Source: Eledone cirrhosa
Taxonomy: Eukaryota
Length of the DNA: 64,000 nucleotides
Assembly (NCBI GenBank): GCA_964016885.1
Contig: OZ024763.1
Span: forward strand, 21,266,001 to 21,330,000
Reading direction: 5' to 3'
Below the pieces are notes generated by a model, which was given only the letters and a program-made list of their open reading frames with translations, did no database searches and had not been told where the DNA came from. Each line of letters opens with the position of its first letter. Position 1 is the first letter of the stretch. Below are positions 1 through 14,528 of the stretch, piece after piece. The translations under genes and the position numbers were made by a program.

Positions 1-1298
1 TGTCTGTCCTTAGGGCATCAACATATGTTAACCTTGGTCTTCCTCTTCTAGTGTGTCCATGTAGGGGCTCCCAAAGGAGCACTGAGTGCAATGTCAACTC
101 TGGATGTCGGTGAGCATGTCCAGCCAACCTCAGTCTTTTCTGTGTCACTTTTGAGCTGACTTTTGGGATGCTCCCATACAGCTCTGAGTTTTTCATCCTC
201 AGTGTATACTGATTAATGTTCAGAGCCATCCTCAGCATTCTCGTGTAGCACCCATCCACCATCTGAGTGAGTCTCTTGGTCAGTGTCCAAGTCTCAGACC
301 CACACAGCAGCACAGACTCCACTACATCAATGAAGAGGCAGACCTTCAGGTCTCTACGAAGGTCCGACTTCCACACCGATCCCAAGCTGTGACACGCCGC
401 CCAGGCCTTGCTCTTCCTCTCAACCACATCATCTTCCGTATTCCCAATCTTTGCTCCCAAATACAGGAAGTCCTCAACCAATTCCAGTGGCTTCCCGCCT
501 ACATTAGTGATCCCCTCTGGCTTCTCAACATTCTCTACCAGATATTTTGTTTTAGTCTCATTCATTCTCAGCCCCACACTCATCGACACAGTCTCAACCT
601 CCCGCATCAAATCCTCTGCCTCCTTCACTGTATTTGTCACCAAAACTATGTCGTCGGCAAATTCAGCATCCGATACCTTTTTCACCCCAACTCTCCTGCT
701 CTGAGCCGGTGCTACAGTAAAGCCAGAGTCCTGGTGTTTCTCCAGTGCAAGGCGCATACAATAGTCCACTACGATGATAAAAAGGTAGGGAGCCAATGTA
801 TCTCCCTGGAGCACTCCAGCCAGTATCTCAAAGAACTCTGTTCTCCCATCAGGTGTAATGACTTGGGCTTTGGTGTTGGTGTAGAGCAGTGATATCAGGT
901 CCACTATCCTCTCGGGGATTCCATAAGCCTGTAAGATCTTCATCAGGCAGTAACGGTCCACAGAATCAAAGGCCTTCCTAAAGTCAATGAAAACCATGAC
1001 CGCAGGAAGGCACTTTGCTCTAGCTCCCTCTAATATCCTCCTCAGCATCAGGATGTGACTGGTGGTTGATCTACCCTCTCTGAAGCCGTTCTGGTTGTCC
1101 CTGAGCTTCTTCTCCATCTCAGGCTGGATCCTGTTAAGAATCATCCTGTTGAGGGTCTTTGCCACAAGTGACGTCAGTGAGATCCCCCGGTAGTTGTTGG
1201 TGTTAGAGAGATCTCCCTTCTTTGGCACTGGGACGATGTTACTGATCCTCCACTGATTCGGGGCAACTCCTTTCTCCAGTGTCCCGTTACAGAACCCC
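1..1298 (-). mobile_element. RTE-clade LINE (family A), RT domain to C-terminal region, truncated
   Basis: Minus-strand translation gives RT motifs (NYRGISLTS, FIDFRKAFDSV, GVLQGDTLAPYLFIIVVDY, EFADDI) and C-terminal [10 protein letters not shown]...WEPLHGH; nearly identical to 13055-13850. Confidence 0.9.
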
Positions 1299-1299
1299 T

Positions 1300-1876
<577 letters not shown>

Positions 1877-2630
1877 ATCATCATCATCATCATCATCATT
1901 TTACGTCCGCCCTCCCCTGCTTGCAAGGGTGGGACGGGTCATATTCAGCACAGGATCTCTCCACTCGTCACGGTCCTTCGTCATCTCCACTGTGAGCTTC
2001 AATGATCTGAGGTCTGTTCTCACCACCTCCGCCCATGTTTTTCGTGGTCTACCTCTACCACGTCTTCCTTCAACTGGCATTTCCTGGCACTTCTTCACCC
2101 ATCGGTCATCCTCCATGCGCATCACATGTCCATACCACCTCAGTCTCCTCTCCCGTACACTACATTCTATCCCTCTCAGACACAGTGTCTCTCTCAACAC
2201 ATTTATGCTGGGTCGTTCACGCACATTTACACTGCACATCCAACGGAACATGCTTGCCTCATTTCTCTCCAGCTGTCGCATATCCTCTGCAGTTGCTGCC
2301 CATGTCTCACTACCATGCAGCATCGCGCTCCTCACACAGGCATCATACAACCGGCCTTTCGTATGCAGTGAGAAACCCTATTTCGTTAAAAGAGGAAGCA
2401 GCTCCCTAAACTTCTTCCAACCCGTCCTTATTCTAGATTCTATGGCCTCGGAACACCCTCCTCCCATGCTAATCTGATCTCCTAGGTACCGGAAGCTATC
2501 CACCACTTCTATAGCGCCCTCCTGCATTTGAAAAATGTGTCTATCAATGCGATTTCTACTGTCTAATTTCCCTGTACATCTACTGCATACATATTTCTCC
2601 CTACCTGTTAGTTTGCCTGCTATCCCGCTA
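1877..2630 (-). mobile_element. RTE-clade LINE (family B), 3' end with (GAT)n tail
   Basis: ORF 1901..2350: [16 protein letters not shown]...[12 protein letters not shown]...GRGRPRKTW; terminal ggacgtaaaatgatgatgat. Confidence 0.9.
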
Positions 2631-3110
2631 TATTGCCAGAATTAATAACAGAACACACTCACTGTTTGGTTGGATTTCGCTTCTCGCTGTCTTTTATATC
2701 TGCGATCTAACTTACTCGGTCCTCAATGTTGCCATTGACTGACCGACGGTCAAAAATAATACAGATACAATATAGACACAAACACATATATATAGTTTAT
2801 ATAATTTACATAAATCTTTCGTTGCACATCTGCAACATTGTCAGTGGTGTTATATTTTTTCCTCCTGTTGTGTTGTATGTCTACGCCATTTTTTTTTTTT
2901 ATTCAGTCTATCTCTTCAGTGTGTTCTGTTATTAATTCTGGCCATATTACGCAAATATGACCCTCCCCAAGTATAACAATATCTGTTTCGACACACGATT
3001 TCATATAAAAAACCTCGCTAAACTATATATATATACATATGTATATATATATATATGTATATATATGTATATATGTATATATATATGTGTGTATATATAT
3101 ATACATATAT

Positions 3111-3262
3111 ACCAGTGTATAATTACCCAGTGTATTACTGGTACTTTATTTTATCGACCCCGTAAGGATGAAAGGCAAAGTTAACCTCGGCGGGATTTGA
3201 ACTCAGAATGGCAAGGGCAGTGACTCTATGCGTCAAAGCATGGCGTCCGACCCTCTACTGAT
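3111..3262 (-). mobile_element. SINE with Nin/Deu-like central domain (partial)
   Basis: Reverse complement of gagttcaaatcccgccgaggttaactttgcctttcatccttacggggtcgataaaataaagtaccag; many copies in window. Confidence 0.75.
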
Positions 3263-3291
3263 ATATCATATATATATTTATACACACACAC

Positions 3292-3351
<60 letters not shown>

Positions 3352-3353
<2 letters not shown>

Positions 3354-3682
3354 AGGCACATGGCTTAGTGGTTAGAGCATTGGCTTTGCAATCGAAAGGT
3401 TGTGAGTTCAATTCTCAGACCGGGTGATGTGTTGTTTCCTTGAGCAAGACACTTTATTTCACGTTGCTCCAGTTTACTCAGCTGTAGAAATGAGATGATA
3501 AGGACTGGGATCCCTATCATTCGTGGAGGTGCCACGGCAAAAAAGCACCCAGCACTCACTGTAAATGAGGTTGGTGTTAGGAAGGGCATCCAGCTGTAGA
3601 AATCAAGCCAGGATCAGTTCCTGTCCCACCCTTGCAAGCAGGGAAAAGTGGACGTAAAATGAAATGATGATGATGATGATGA
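3352..3682 (+). mobile_element. tRNA-derived SINE (family 1), full length, with RTE-type tail
   Basis: Pol III A box tggcttagtgg, B box gagttcaattc, central cttgagcaagacacttt, tail cccacccttgcaagcaggg...ggacgtaaaatga(tga)n shared with LINE at 1877. Confidence 0.85.
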
Positions 3683-3957
3683 TATATATTAGACACTGAT
3701 CTTTTTTAGAGATAATTTTGAAATTTCACACTACTTCTTTCTTCCGTACGTCTGTTGTTGTTGATTCTTTCATTACAACACTTTAGTTTTATTTCATTTT
3801 ATTTTCATCAGTTTATATCATCTCTGTCTGCAATTACTTCACTTCTCCGCCTTCCTTCCGCTCTTTTCTACTACACCACTCCCCTCCGCTCTGATCTGAA
3901 TATTTCTTAGTCTGAAATTGATACTACTTTCTTTAAAATATAAACTTCTTTCCTGTG

Positions 3958-3964
3958 TTATATA

Positions 3965-4029
<65 letters not shown>

Positions 4030-4626
4030 TTATATATACATATATATATGTATATATATATGTATATATATATGTATATACATATATATATGTATATATA
4101 TATATACATATATATATTTATTTATATATACATATATATATATATGTATATACATATATATATGTATATATATATATGTGTATATATATATATATATTAA
4201 TATATATGTATATATATATATGTGTATATATATATATATATATATTAATATATATGTGTATATATATATATATATATTAATATATATGTATATATATATA
4301 TATGTGTATATATATATATACATATATATATATATTAATATATATGTGTGTATATATATATACATATATATATATATTAATATATATGTATATATATATA
4401 TGTGTATATATATATATATATATATTAATATATATGTATATATATATATGTGTATATATATATACATATATATATATATTAATATATATATGTGTATATA
4501 TATATACATATATATATATATTAATATATATGTGTATATATATATATATATATATGAATATATATGTATACATATATATATATACACATATACATACATA
4601 CATACATTATATATATATATATATAT
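3958..4626. repeat. (TA)n-based compound microsatellite
   Basis: Direct reading. Confidence 0.95.
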
Positions 4627-5124
4627 TTGAATATTTTTCATTCATTCATTCTTTCTGTCTTTATTATTATTTTCTTTTACATAATTCATGTCTATCTCTT
4701 TCTTCATTTCAATCTTTTATTTAAAAATATATTGAAAAAAATTATTTTTTGTTATTAGTTTTATTTACAGTTCTATATTTTCTAACTTCTTTCTTTCTTT
4801 CTTTCTTTCTTCTTCCTCATATATTTCTGATTCATGTAAAAGCTATCTTTATTTCTACCTCCACACCTTTATACTCAATTCTTACCTGACAGCCAGCCTC
4901 CCAGTTCATTTAGTTTCACACATTATATATTTTTGTTTTATTTCATATTTCATATCTCAATCCATTAGCTATTTGCTCTTATAGTTAATATTGCTTTCAC
5001 CTTTCTTCCCATGGAGTCAAATGGAAATCATTTGCTACCAAATCCATCCACAGTGTATTTCATAACACTCTAATTTCTAATATTTTTAATATGAAATTTC
5101 ATATTCTTCTCATACAATAATCTT

Positions 5125-5600
5125 TTCTGATTCAGGAATGAGGCTAACAATTTTTGGGGTGAAGGAAAAAGTCGATTAAATCAATCCCAGTGTGTTACTG
5201 GTTATTTATTTTATCGACCCTTTTATTGGCCCCAAATGGATGAAAGGCAAAGCTAACCTCAGCTGGAATTAATAATCTTTTCTGATTCAGGAACGAAGCT
5301 AAACATTTTTGGGGTGAAGGAAAAAGTCGATTAAATCAATCCCACAATCCCAGTGTGTTACTGGTTATTTATTTTATCGACCCCCTTTATTGGCTCCAAA
5401 TGGGGCAGGATTTAATAATGGTTTTTGATTTAGGCACAAGGCCAACAATTTTTTTTATCGACTCCAGTACGTTACTGGTGATTTATTTTATTGATCCCGT
5501 GAAGATGAAAGGTAAAGCTAACCTTGATAGGATTTAATAATGGTTTCTGGTCCAGGTACGAGGCTAACACTTTTTGGGGTGAAGGAAAAGGTTGATTAAA
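5125..5600 (-). repeat. Tandemly repeated Nin-type SINE 3' fragments (about 3.5 units)
   Basis: Repeated tttttggggtgaaggaaaaagtcgattaaa and ttactggttatttattttatcgaccc blocks. Confidence 0.7.
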
Positions 5601-5604
5601 TGAA

Positions 5605-5770
5605 TAGAACTATTTCATTCAAAAGGGCTTTGATGTTTTCTTTTGAATGAAACAGTTCTAGTCCTGTAGAAACAATTTCTATATTAAACTTGATGTTAAC
5701 ACTCTACTAATGTATTGAGTACCTTACTAACTGTGGTTACCCCCGATTGAACCAGGGACTCACTTATATC
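5605..5770 (+). mobile_element. Decayed hammerhead-family D element (Penelope pLTR-like)
   Basis: gaatGAAAcagttctagtcctgTAgaa plus tail tattgagtaccttact...cccccgattgaacc shared with 40625 and 51648; core decayed to ttgatgt. Confidence 0.6.
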
Positions 5771-6265
5771 TATCTATATATATATATCATTTATGTTAAG
5801 CTGTTTACCAATAGGTAGAACTAGGGTTCAGGTTGGAAAACGATGATACAACAAATATATATATACACACAGACCTGTCAACTCTCCTTGTCCAACAAGG
5901 AAATCTCCAACCCACTTTGGGGTGGGTGAGAGAAATCTTTTCTTGTGAAAATGGGTATAGCTTTCATTATGTAAAATCTTCTCATTTTGCCTCATTTCTT
6001 CCCGTTTTGGGGGTACTTTTCCCACGGTTCTCCCTGTTTGGATCTTCAGAGGTTGGCAGGTCTGATATATATAGATATATCGGTATATGATGTAGCAATC
6101 ATGTGGCTCAATGATCAGACAATGAGAGAATTGTAGCTAAAAATCCAAGACCTCAGAGCATTTGTATAGAGCACTTGTATACTGCCAATATCATAGGAAA
6201 CCACATATCTAATATTTTGCAGAGACCAATATAAATCAGGCTGACTCAATCACTCAATCACACAC

Positions 6266-6603
6266 ATCATCATCATCATCATCATTTTACGTCCGCTTTT
6301 CCCTGCTTGCAAGGGTAGGACGCGAACTGATTCTGGCTTGATTTCTACAGCTGGATGCCCTTCCTAACACCAACCTCATTTACAGTGAGTGCTGGGTGCT
6401 TTTTTGCCGTGGCACCTCCACGACCACTTTGCAGTGGAATGATAGGGACCCCAGTCCCTATCATCTCATTTCTACAGCTGAGTAAACTGGAGCAATGTGA
6501 AATAAAGTGTCTTGCTCAAGGAAACAACACATCACCCGGTCTGAGAATTGAACTCACAACCTTTCGATTGCAAGGCCAATGCTCTAACCACTAAGCCATG
6601 TGC
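6266..6603 (-). mobile_element. tRNA-derived SINE family 1
   Basis: Reverse complement of 3352-3682. Confidence 0.85.
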
Positions 6604-6644
6604 ACACACAGTACACATATACACACAGTACACACATATATATA

Positions 6645-7720
6645 TGATGGCTGCCCCCTCGTTATCGAGTATGGCCATTGCACGAGAAGAAAAAAAAAAA
6701 AATAATAATAATAATAAATAAATAAAAAAAAAAAAGAAATATATATATATATATATACATACATACATATATACATACACAGATACATACACATACACAC
6801 ACATATACACACATACATTAATAACAACAATAATAATAATAATAGCAATAACGACAACAACAATAATAATATACATATTCATATATATATACACACACAC
6901 ATGCACGCACATAAGCATATCTCCACACACACACACACGATAGCAACTAACAGTGCTGCGATCGAATGTTGCTTTTTAGCCCAGCCAATGATCTAAAATG
7001 TCTTGCACAGAGTCGGCAACCAAAACATTCACTGGGAATAGTCGGCTGTGGTTGGAGTTCGTGTACTTTTGCATGTCGCTTGAGCCCTCCTGCTGATTTA
7101 CATTCTCTACCACATGTTTGGCAAGCATGATGAGTAGCATCTCCAACAGCAGCCTGGTAGTCAACCACTGGTCTTATTTTATGACTGCGAAGATGACTTT
7201 CGAGTCCAGCTTTGCTTAGGCAGAGTCTCGCACAGACGCTGCATGTCAGCACCATAGGAGGACCCTCGCCATCTGGAAGTGCAACAGCAATGCCCTTCCT
7301 CACATCCCGCTTTACTTTCTCGTATGCGTTTCGAGATGCCTCAAAGGCAACTTTTCCCTCATATACAATCTTTCTCCATTTATTACGATCAGCAGCAATA
7401 TTTTCCCATGTATCAGCAGAGATGTTAGCGTCTTTCAGAGAGGCTATCAAGGAATCCTTATACCTCTTTTTTGGTTTATGTGGCGGTCGTTTTCCTTTAA
7501 CCAACTCTCCATAAAAGAGTTGTTTTGGTATTCTAGAATCCTTCATCCTGGCAAGGTGACCACTCCAACGGAGTCGTTGCTTAAGCACAAGAGCTTCTAT
7601 ACTGTCACACATAGAGCTTTCCAAAATCTCGACATCACTGATGTGGTCCCTCCAGTGAACGCCATGGATCCGTCTGAGACACATCTGATGGAAATGCTCC
7701 AATTGCCTAAGGTGGCGTCG
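6645..7720 (-). mobile_element. RTE-clade LINE 3' end with three C2H2-like zinc fingers
   Basis: ORF 6947..7750: QRLRWSGHLARMKDSRIPKQLFYGEL, then CSVCARLCLSKAGLESHLRSH, CQTCGRECKSAGGLKRHAKVH, CRLCARHFRSLAGLKSNIRSQH; terminus tggccatactcgataacgaggggcagccatc. Confidence 0.85.
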
Positions 7721-7721
7721 A

Positions 7722-8141
7722 TATATATATATACACTTATATATACACACTTATATATATACACAGTACACACTTATATATACACACAGTACACAGTTAT
7801 ATATACACAGTACACACTTATATATACACACACTTATAAATATACACTTATATATACACACAGTACACACTTATATATACACAGTACACACTTATATATA
7901 CACACACTTATATATACACAGTACACACTTATATATACACACACTTATATATATACACTTATATATACACACAGTACACACTTATATATACACTTATATA
8001 TACACACAGTACACACTTATATATACACTTATATATACACTTATATATATACTTATAAATACAAACACATGTACCCACATTTAAAAACGTGCATTTACGC
8101 ACAAATATATTTAGATATACACACATGCTCACATACTCAAT

Positions 8142-8177
<36 letters not shown>

Positions 8178-8850
8178 AATACATACACAAACATGTAAAT
8201 ATGAACAGATGTACACACATTCAAATACAAACATGTACACACACACATGCGTAAATCGTAAATGTGCATTCACATTTAAACACACATATACATACATTCA
8301 AATACAAACGTGCACCCACAAACACACATGCACTAAAACACTGACATGTATACACACACATGAAAAACACATATACACACAAACCCTGACATGTACCTAC
8401 ACACACACAGACATGTACACATACACACAACACAGTCATATATGTACACACATAAAAACTCAAACATATACACATACAACAGACATGCACACACACACAC
8501 ACCTACAACACACACACATACATTACAACACAGACATCTACACACATACACAACACAGACACATGTATACATACACATACAACAGACATGCACACACACA
8601 CATACATTACAACACAGACATCTACACACATACGCAACACAGACACATGTATACATACACATACAACAGACATGCACACACACACACACACACATACATT
8701 ACAACACAGACATCTACACACATACGCAACACAGACACATGTATACATACACATACAACAGACATGCACATACACACACACACACACATTACAACACAGA
8801 CATCTACACACATACACAACACAGACACATGTATACATACACATACAACA

Positions 8851-8895
<45 letters not shown>

Positions 8896-9045
8896 CACAC
8901 GCACACACATCACACGCGCACAGATCACACACATCCTCATACAAACCTACAACACACACACACATCACAGACACACTCATACACACCTACAACACACACA
9001 CATACACATACACAACACAAACACATACATACACACACACACATA
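7722..9045. repeat. AC/AT-rich minisatellites (acacttatatatacacacagt-type units, then about 84-92 bp units at 8520-8870)
   Basis: Direct reading; repeated cattacaacacagacatctacaca. Confidence 0.85.
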
Positions 9046-9244
9046 GAACACAGACATGCATTCATATGCATTTGAGTTTTCCTTCTCTACCAGAACAGTT
9101 TACTTACATTTAGTACAGCATTGATCAGTGTTATTGATCATTGCTGTATCAATTGTAACAGTGTTTCTATATCTGATAGAGATTGGTTGATGTAGTAGAA
9201 GTAGTAGTAATATAACTGACATCAACAACAACAACAGTATCAAA

Positions 9245-9560
9245 AATAATTGTTTCTACTTTTGGCACAAGGCCAGCAATTACCCAGTGCATTACTGGTA
9301 CTTTATTTTATCGACCCTCGGAAGGATGAAAAGCAAAGTTAACCTCGGCAGGATTTGAACTCAAGAATAATTGTTTCTACATTTGGCACAAGGCCAGCAA
9401 TTACCCAGTGCATTACTGGTACTTTATTTTATCGACCCCGGAAGGATGAAAGGCAAAGTTAACCTCGGCGGGATTTGAACTCAGAATGGCAAGGACCGTA
9501 ACTCTATGCGTCAAAGCATGGCGTCAGACCCTCTACCGATACTGCCAATCCTCCGCCCTT
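9245..9560 (-). mobile_element. Nin-type SINE with tandem duplication of its 3' part (about 120 bp)
   Basis: aataattgtttctac...ggatttgaactca present twice. Confidence 0.8.
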
Positions 9561-9589
9561 GAACTCAAGAATAATGATATGTTAACTTT

Positions 9590-9915
9590 GTCGCTTGAAG
9601 CAGTTGTAGTAGCTTTCAACTCTGACCCAGGTACTGCTGCACATCAGGTCGAGGAGGCCAAACTCCTCAAATACCGGTCGCTCTCCGACAGATTTGCGGT
9701 CGTACCCCTGGCAGTGGAGACTTCTGGTGTCCTCGGGCCCCAGGGCTTCCTCCCTACTCACCACCATAGGCGCTGAGCTGGCCAGCCGCAGGTGTGAGCC
9801 CCGCGAGTTGGAATGGCTTTTCCAGCGCATCTCCCTTACCATCCTCCGGGGAAACGCCTTCTCCATTTTGTCTGCCGGGGCTGTGGGTGGGCCCCATCAT
9901 GTATCATTTTTGTAA
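9590..9915 (+). mobile_element. CRE-like non-LTR retrotransposon C-terminal (restriction-like endonuclease) remnant
   Basis: Frameshifted AEEAK-like..KYRSLSDRFAVVPLAVETSGVLGP / IGAELA...WLFQRISLTILRGNA motif. Confidence 0.7.
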
Positions 9916-10364
9916 ATATGTCAGCAGTTTATGATTTGATTTTATTGTCCACTTTCATTGTGTATATAATCCACATTACTTACACCATGTCTGCGGTAAG
10001 TTATTTTATATAGAATGTCTAAACCCCGTGAAAATATATGTATAAATGATTAAAATTGGGGAAAAAAAAAAAAAGGGGGCAGTGTAAATATGTCTTGAAA
10101 TTTCTTTGAATATATATACATATATATAAAGCACCCAGTACTCGCTGTAAATAAGGCTGGCATTAGGAAGGGCATCCAGCTGTAGAAACAAAGCCAGAAA
10201 CAGTCCTGTATGAACAAGACATGGTCACCTGACCTAGCATTGCCCACAATAACACAAGCCATCTAACTCATGTTAGCGTGGAAAAATGGACGAAAGACGG
10301 AGTTTCTTACCACTATATATATATATATAGTCCACTCAATTAGCAAAGTGATATATATATATGG

Positions 10365-10570
10365 TTTCGATTTAGTACAATTTATTTGATCACAAATACT
10401 TAGGCATTTGTATAGAGACATAAGGGCAGCAACAAGCTGACCATTGATCCCATACTCTTGGACAACCTTCCACAACAGGTTCCAAGGAACACAGTCATAT
10501 ACCTTTTCAAGGTCTATAAAACAAGAACATATGTCTTGGCAATACTCCTACAATTTCTCTATATAGTTGT
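10365..10570 (-). mobile_element. RTE-clade RT fragment
   Basis: DLEKVYDCVPWNLLWKVVQEYGINGQLVAALMSLY. Confidence 0.7.
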
Positions 10571-10759
10571 TATGCTTGCTGTTTGTATCCAGATTAAATT
10601 AAAAACAGGTATATTATATCTCTACATGTTGAAAGAGGTTATTAAAAGAGAGGACCCATTGGCTTGCCCAGTCCAAGAATCAAATACACTATATCACTAT
10701 TGTGAGCCCAACACTCTAACAACTGGCTTCTATCTTCTCATATATAATATAACATAATA

Positions 10760-10950
10760 TAATTGTTTCTACTTTAGGCACAAGGCCAGCAATTACCCAG
10801 TGCATTACTGGTACTTTATTTTATCGACCCCGTAAGGATGAAAGGCAAAGTCAACCTCGGCGTGATTTGAACTCAGATCGTAAAGGGACGTAACTATGCT
10901 GGAAAGCATGGCATCCGACCCTCTACCGATACTGCCAATCCACCGCCCTA
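10760..10950 (-). mobile_element. Nin-type SINE
   Basis: Head gggcggtggattggcag, B box gagttcaaatc, Nin-like domain. Confidence 0.8.
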
Positions 10951-10982
10951 ATATATGACATAATATAATATAAGTTGCTGAG

Positions 10983-11345
10983 ATGGTGAATTGGCAGAGT
11001 TTTTAGAATGTCTGATAGAATGCTTTGCTGTATTGTTTCCAGCTCTCTTCTCTCTTAGTCTTAATCCCGCAGAAGTCAACTTTGTCTTTCATTCGTTTGA
11101 GGTTGATAAAAAAAAGTACCAGTCCAGCACTGGGGTCGATTCTTCCTCTATATATGGTCGATTCTTCCTCTATATATCTTTCTCACTTCCTTGCTCTCGC
11201 TCTCTCTCTCCTTCTCTGGAAGAAATCTGCTCTGTTCAGACCTGGAGAGGGATGTGCTGCACCAGGTTTAAAAAAACCCCAAGAAATGTTGTATGCCACT
11301 ACGACGCACCTATGACTCCCTCCGGAGTTACAGAACCATACCATA
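10983..11345 (+). mobile_element. SINE family 3 (Nin-like domain, different tail ending in a hairpin)
   Basis: ggtgaattggcagagt head, gtcaactttgtctttcattcgtttgaggttgataaaa; tail also at 17475-17590 and 53215-53350. Confidence 0.65.
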
Positions 11346-12952
11346 TAATATAAGTTGTAAAGTGAAGAAGACGATAGCATTAATCATACTTCATATTTCT
11401 GACTATCAAGTGACGTACTGTTATGAATTCATTCAGCCATATTAGCTTCCCTTGGGCATTGATAAAATAAGTTTTATTATGATACTGGGGTCAAGAGGTC
11501 AACTAAATATAAGATGACCTCTCTCTCTTAATAAGATAGCTTTGTGAAAAAGTACTCAACAGCATCATTTATTTTATTTTATTCTATTTTATTTCATATT
11601 TATTTTATTTTTATATTTATATTCACCTATCTCTGTCTATCTTAATTTTTGTTTCTCAACTTTGAGAAGTACTAGATACTTCTCCTAGTCTGTCATGGCT
11701 TGCTAGCTCTACAGGGACGTTTAAATATATAATACTAAGAAGTACTAGATACTTCACCCCAGTCTGTCATGGCTTAACTTGCTCTATGCGGACGGACGTT
11801 TAAATTTCTTGTTTTTATAGTCACTTATCTTTGTATATGTTGTTTTTTGTTTCTCAACTGTAAGAAATACTAGATACTTCCCCTAGTCTGCCATGTCTTA
11901 CTAGCTCTATACACACATTTAAATTGATTATATATACGTATATATAGATATATTGTCCCCACTGTAAATGTGGTTTGTGTTAGGAAGGGCATCCAGCTGT
12001 AAAAAACCTGCCAGAGACACTTCCGTGCGAGCGAGACATGGTCTCCCGACTATTCCCGCATCAAGTGCAACAAAACCGTCTAACCCATGCTAGTGTGGAG
12101 GATGGACGTTAAACGATGATGATGATGTAATACTAGGAAGTACTCGGTACCTCACCTTGTCTGTCATGGCTTACTAGCTCTATACTGATATTATCAACCC
12201 ATCTTGCTTGGGGTCTACCCCTGGGTCTCCTGACTACTGGTTGGTTTTGCCCCCCCTCCATGAAATCTGCCCAGTGATTCTTTTCTGAGACATTCTAACC
12301 ACATTTAAAAAACTGAACATAAAAATTATTGTTTAGTTGCTTAACGACTGTCTACATCAATGTTGGAGGAATTTCAAGACCCCCGCCCACCACCCCAAAA
12401 AATTGTGTTAATGTTCTCCACCACACCTCATCTCTCCTCCTTCTGTAACCACATGAAAAATTTGATCAGGAAGTTGACGGTAATAACAGATATACAAATT
12501 ATTCAATTTAAACTATTTCGGAAATAATTCAATTTAATTTATTTCGGAAACTAATAGCTCTAATACTGTAGATAAGTTCGATTTCAGTTTTATTTCCTTA
12601 CTGTTATATATATATATACACATGCGCACACACACACAGACACATATATGTAACAGAGTGTTGTAGTTTGCTTGAAGCATTGTTGAATAGGAAATATAAA
12701 TTTAAATAATTTTAAAAGCCATACAATGCATTAGAAAATTAAAGGTGCCAAGATAATGATAGAATCTTACCTTAGCAAATTTGCTAAGGTAAGAATCTAT
12801 CGTTATCCTACACTATATATTTATATATAGTGTTAGTAGTACAGTGAAATACTGGTATTGGTACGAAATCAAGCACTCTATTCGATACGCAATAAATATT
12901 TTTCATATGTAGACGAAACTTCCTCCTTTTTTCTATTATATATATATATATA

Positions 12953-13057
12953 GGAGGCACATGGCTTAGTGGTTAGAGCATTAGCCTTGCAATCGAAAGG
13001 TTGTGAGTTCAATTCTCAGACCGGGTGATGTGTTGTTTCCTTGAGCAAGACACTTTA
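12953..13057 (+). mobile_element. SINE family 1 head fused to RTE LINE
   Basis: ggaggcacatggcttagtgg...gagcaagacacttta runs directly into LINE sequence ttagtgatcccc. Confidence 0.8.
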
Positions 13058-14480
13058 GTGATCCCCTCTGGCTTCTCAACATTCTCTACCAGATATTTTG
13101 TTTTAGTCTCATTCATTCTCAGCCCCACACTCATCGACACAGTCTCAACCTCCCACATCAAATCCTCTGCCTCCTTCACTGTATTTGTCACCAAAACTAT
13201 GTCATCGGCAAATTCAGCATCCGATACCTTTTTCGCCTTAACTCTCCTGCTCTGAGCCGGTGCTACAGTAAAGCCAGAGTCCTGGTGTTTCTCCAGTGCA
13301 AGGCGCATACAATAGTCCACTACAATGATAAAAAGGTAGGGAGCCAATGTATCTCCCTGGAGCACTCCAGCCAGTATCTCAAAGAACTCTGTCATCCCAT
13401 CAGGTGTAATGACTTGGGCTTTGGTGTTGGTGTAGAGCAGTGATATCAGGTCCACTATCTTCTTGGGGATTCCATAAGCCTGTAAGATCTTCATCAGGCA
13501 GTAACGGTCCACAGAATCAAAGGCCTTCCTAAAGTCAATGAAAACCATGACCGCAGGAAGGCACTTTGCTCTAGCTCCCTCTAATATCCTCCTCAGCATC
13601 AGGATGTGACTGGTGGTTGATCTACCCTCTCTGAAGCCGTTCTGGTTGTCCCTGAGCTTCTTCTCCATCTCAGGCTGGATCCTGTTAAGAATCATCCTGT
13701 TGAGGGTCTTTGCCACAAGTGACGTCAGTGAGATCCCCCGGTAGTTGTTGGTGTTAGAGAGATCTCCCTTCTTTGGCACTGGGACGATGTTACTGATCCT
13801 CCACTGATTCGGGGCAACTCCTTTCTCCAGTGCCCGGTTACAGAACCCCAGGATGATATCATCAAAATCACACCTCTTCATCACCTCTGATGCCACTCCA
13901 TCTTCTCCATGAGCCTTGTCCTCCTTGATCCTCTTCTTGGCTCTCTGGAGCTCCCCCCCTGGTGAAGGGCCCTGTCTCAACATCCAGTTCCTCAAACAGC
14001 CGCCTGATCTCCACAGTGCTCTGGGCTGTGGAGGGTGGCTCTCCTAGTAGGGTCCTAAAATGGTCTAGCCATTTCCTCTTCCTATCCTCGGGCCCCGTTC
14101 CCTGGATCTGACTCGAACTCCAGCTCTCCTTACATCCAGATCTGTCAACCGCTCTCACCACACTTCTGATCTTCTCTATCAGTGCCTCCTCTCTGACCTC
14201 AGTGTAAGCGGTACAGAGTTCTTCCCTCATCACCTCCACAGTCTCCATCCTCTTCTCCGTAGGATCAGCATAGAATTGGTCCTTGGCAGCTTTCAGGTGT
14301 TCTCTGGCTGCACACACTTTTTGGTTTACAGAGCTGACGTGCTTCCTTTTGTTCTTTTTCCTCAGCACCAGGGTTTCACTTGCTTCCACCACTGCATTGG
14401 TGAAGTGCCCGTACCTCCTCGTCACACTCTCCTCAGTCCATCCAATCTCTCTCTCCTCTGACTCTCCACACAGAGCACTG
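13055..14480 (-). mobile_element. RTE-clade LINE family A, RT domain (pseudogenised ORF2)
   Basis: ORFs 13009..13995 and 13868..14425 (frameshift); RT motifs through AEFADD. Confidence 0.92.
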
Positions 14481-14528
14481 AATATGTATGTATATATAAA
14501 TATATGTATGTATATATAAATGTATGTA

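Noticed and set aside
3352-3425. tRNA gene
   Set aside because: A and B boxes are present, but it is the head of a multi-copy SINE with no full cloverleaf
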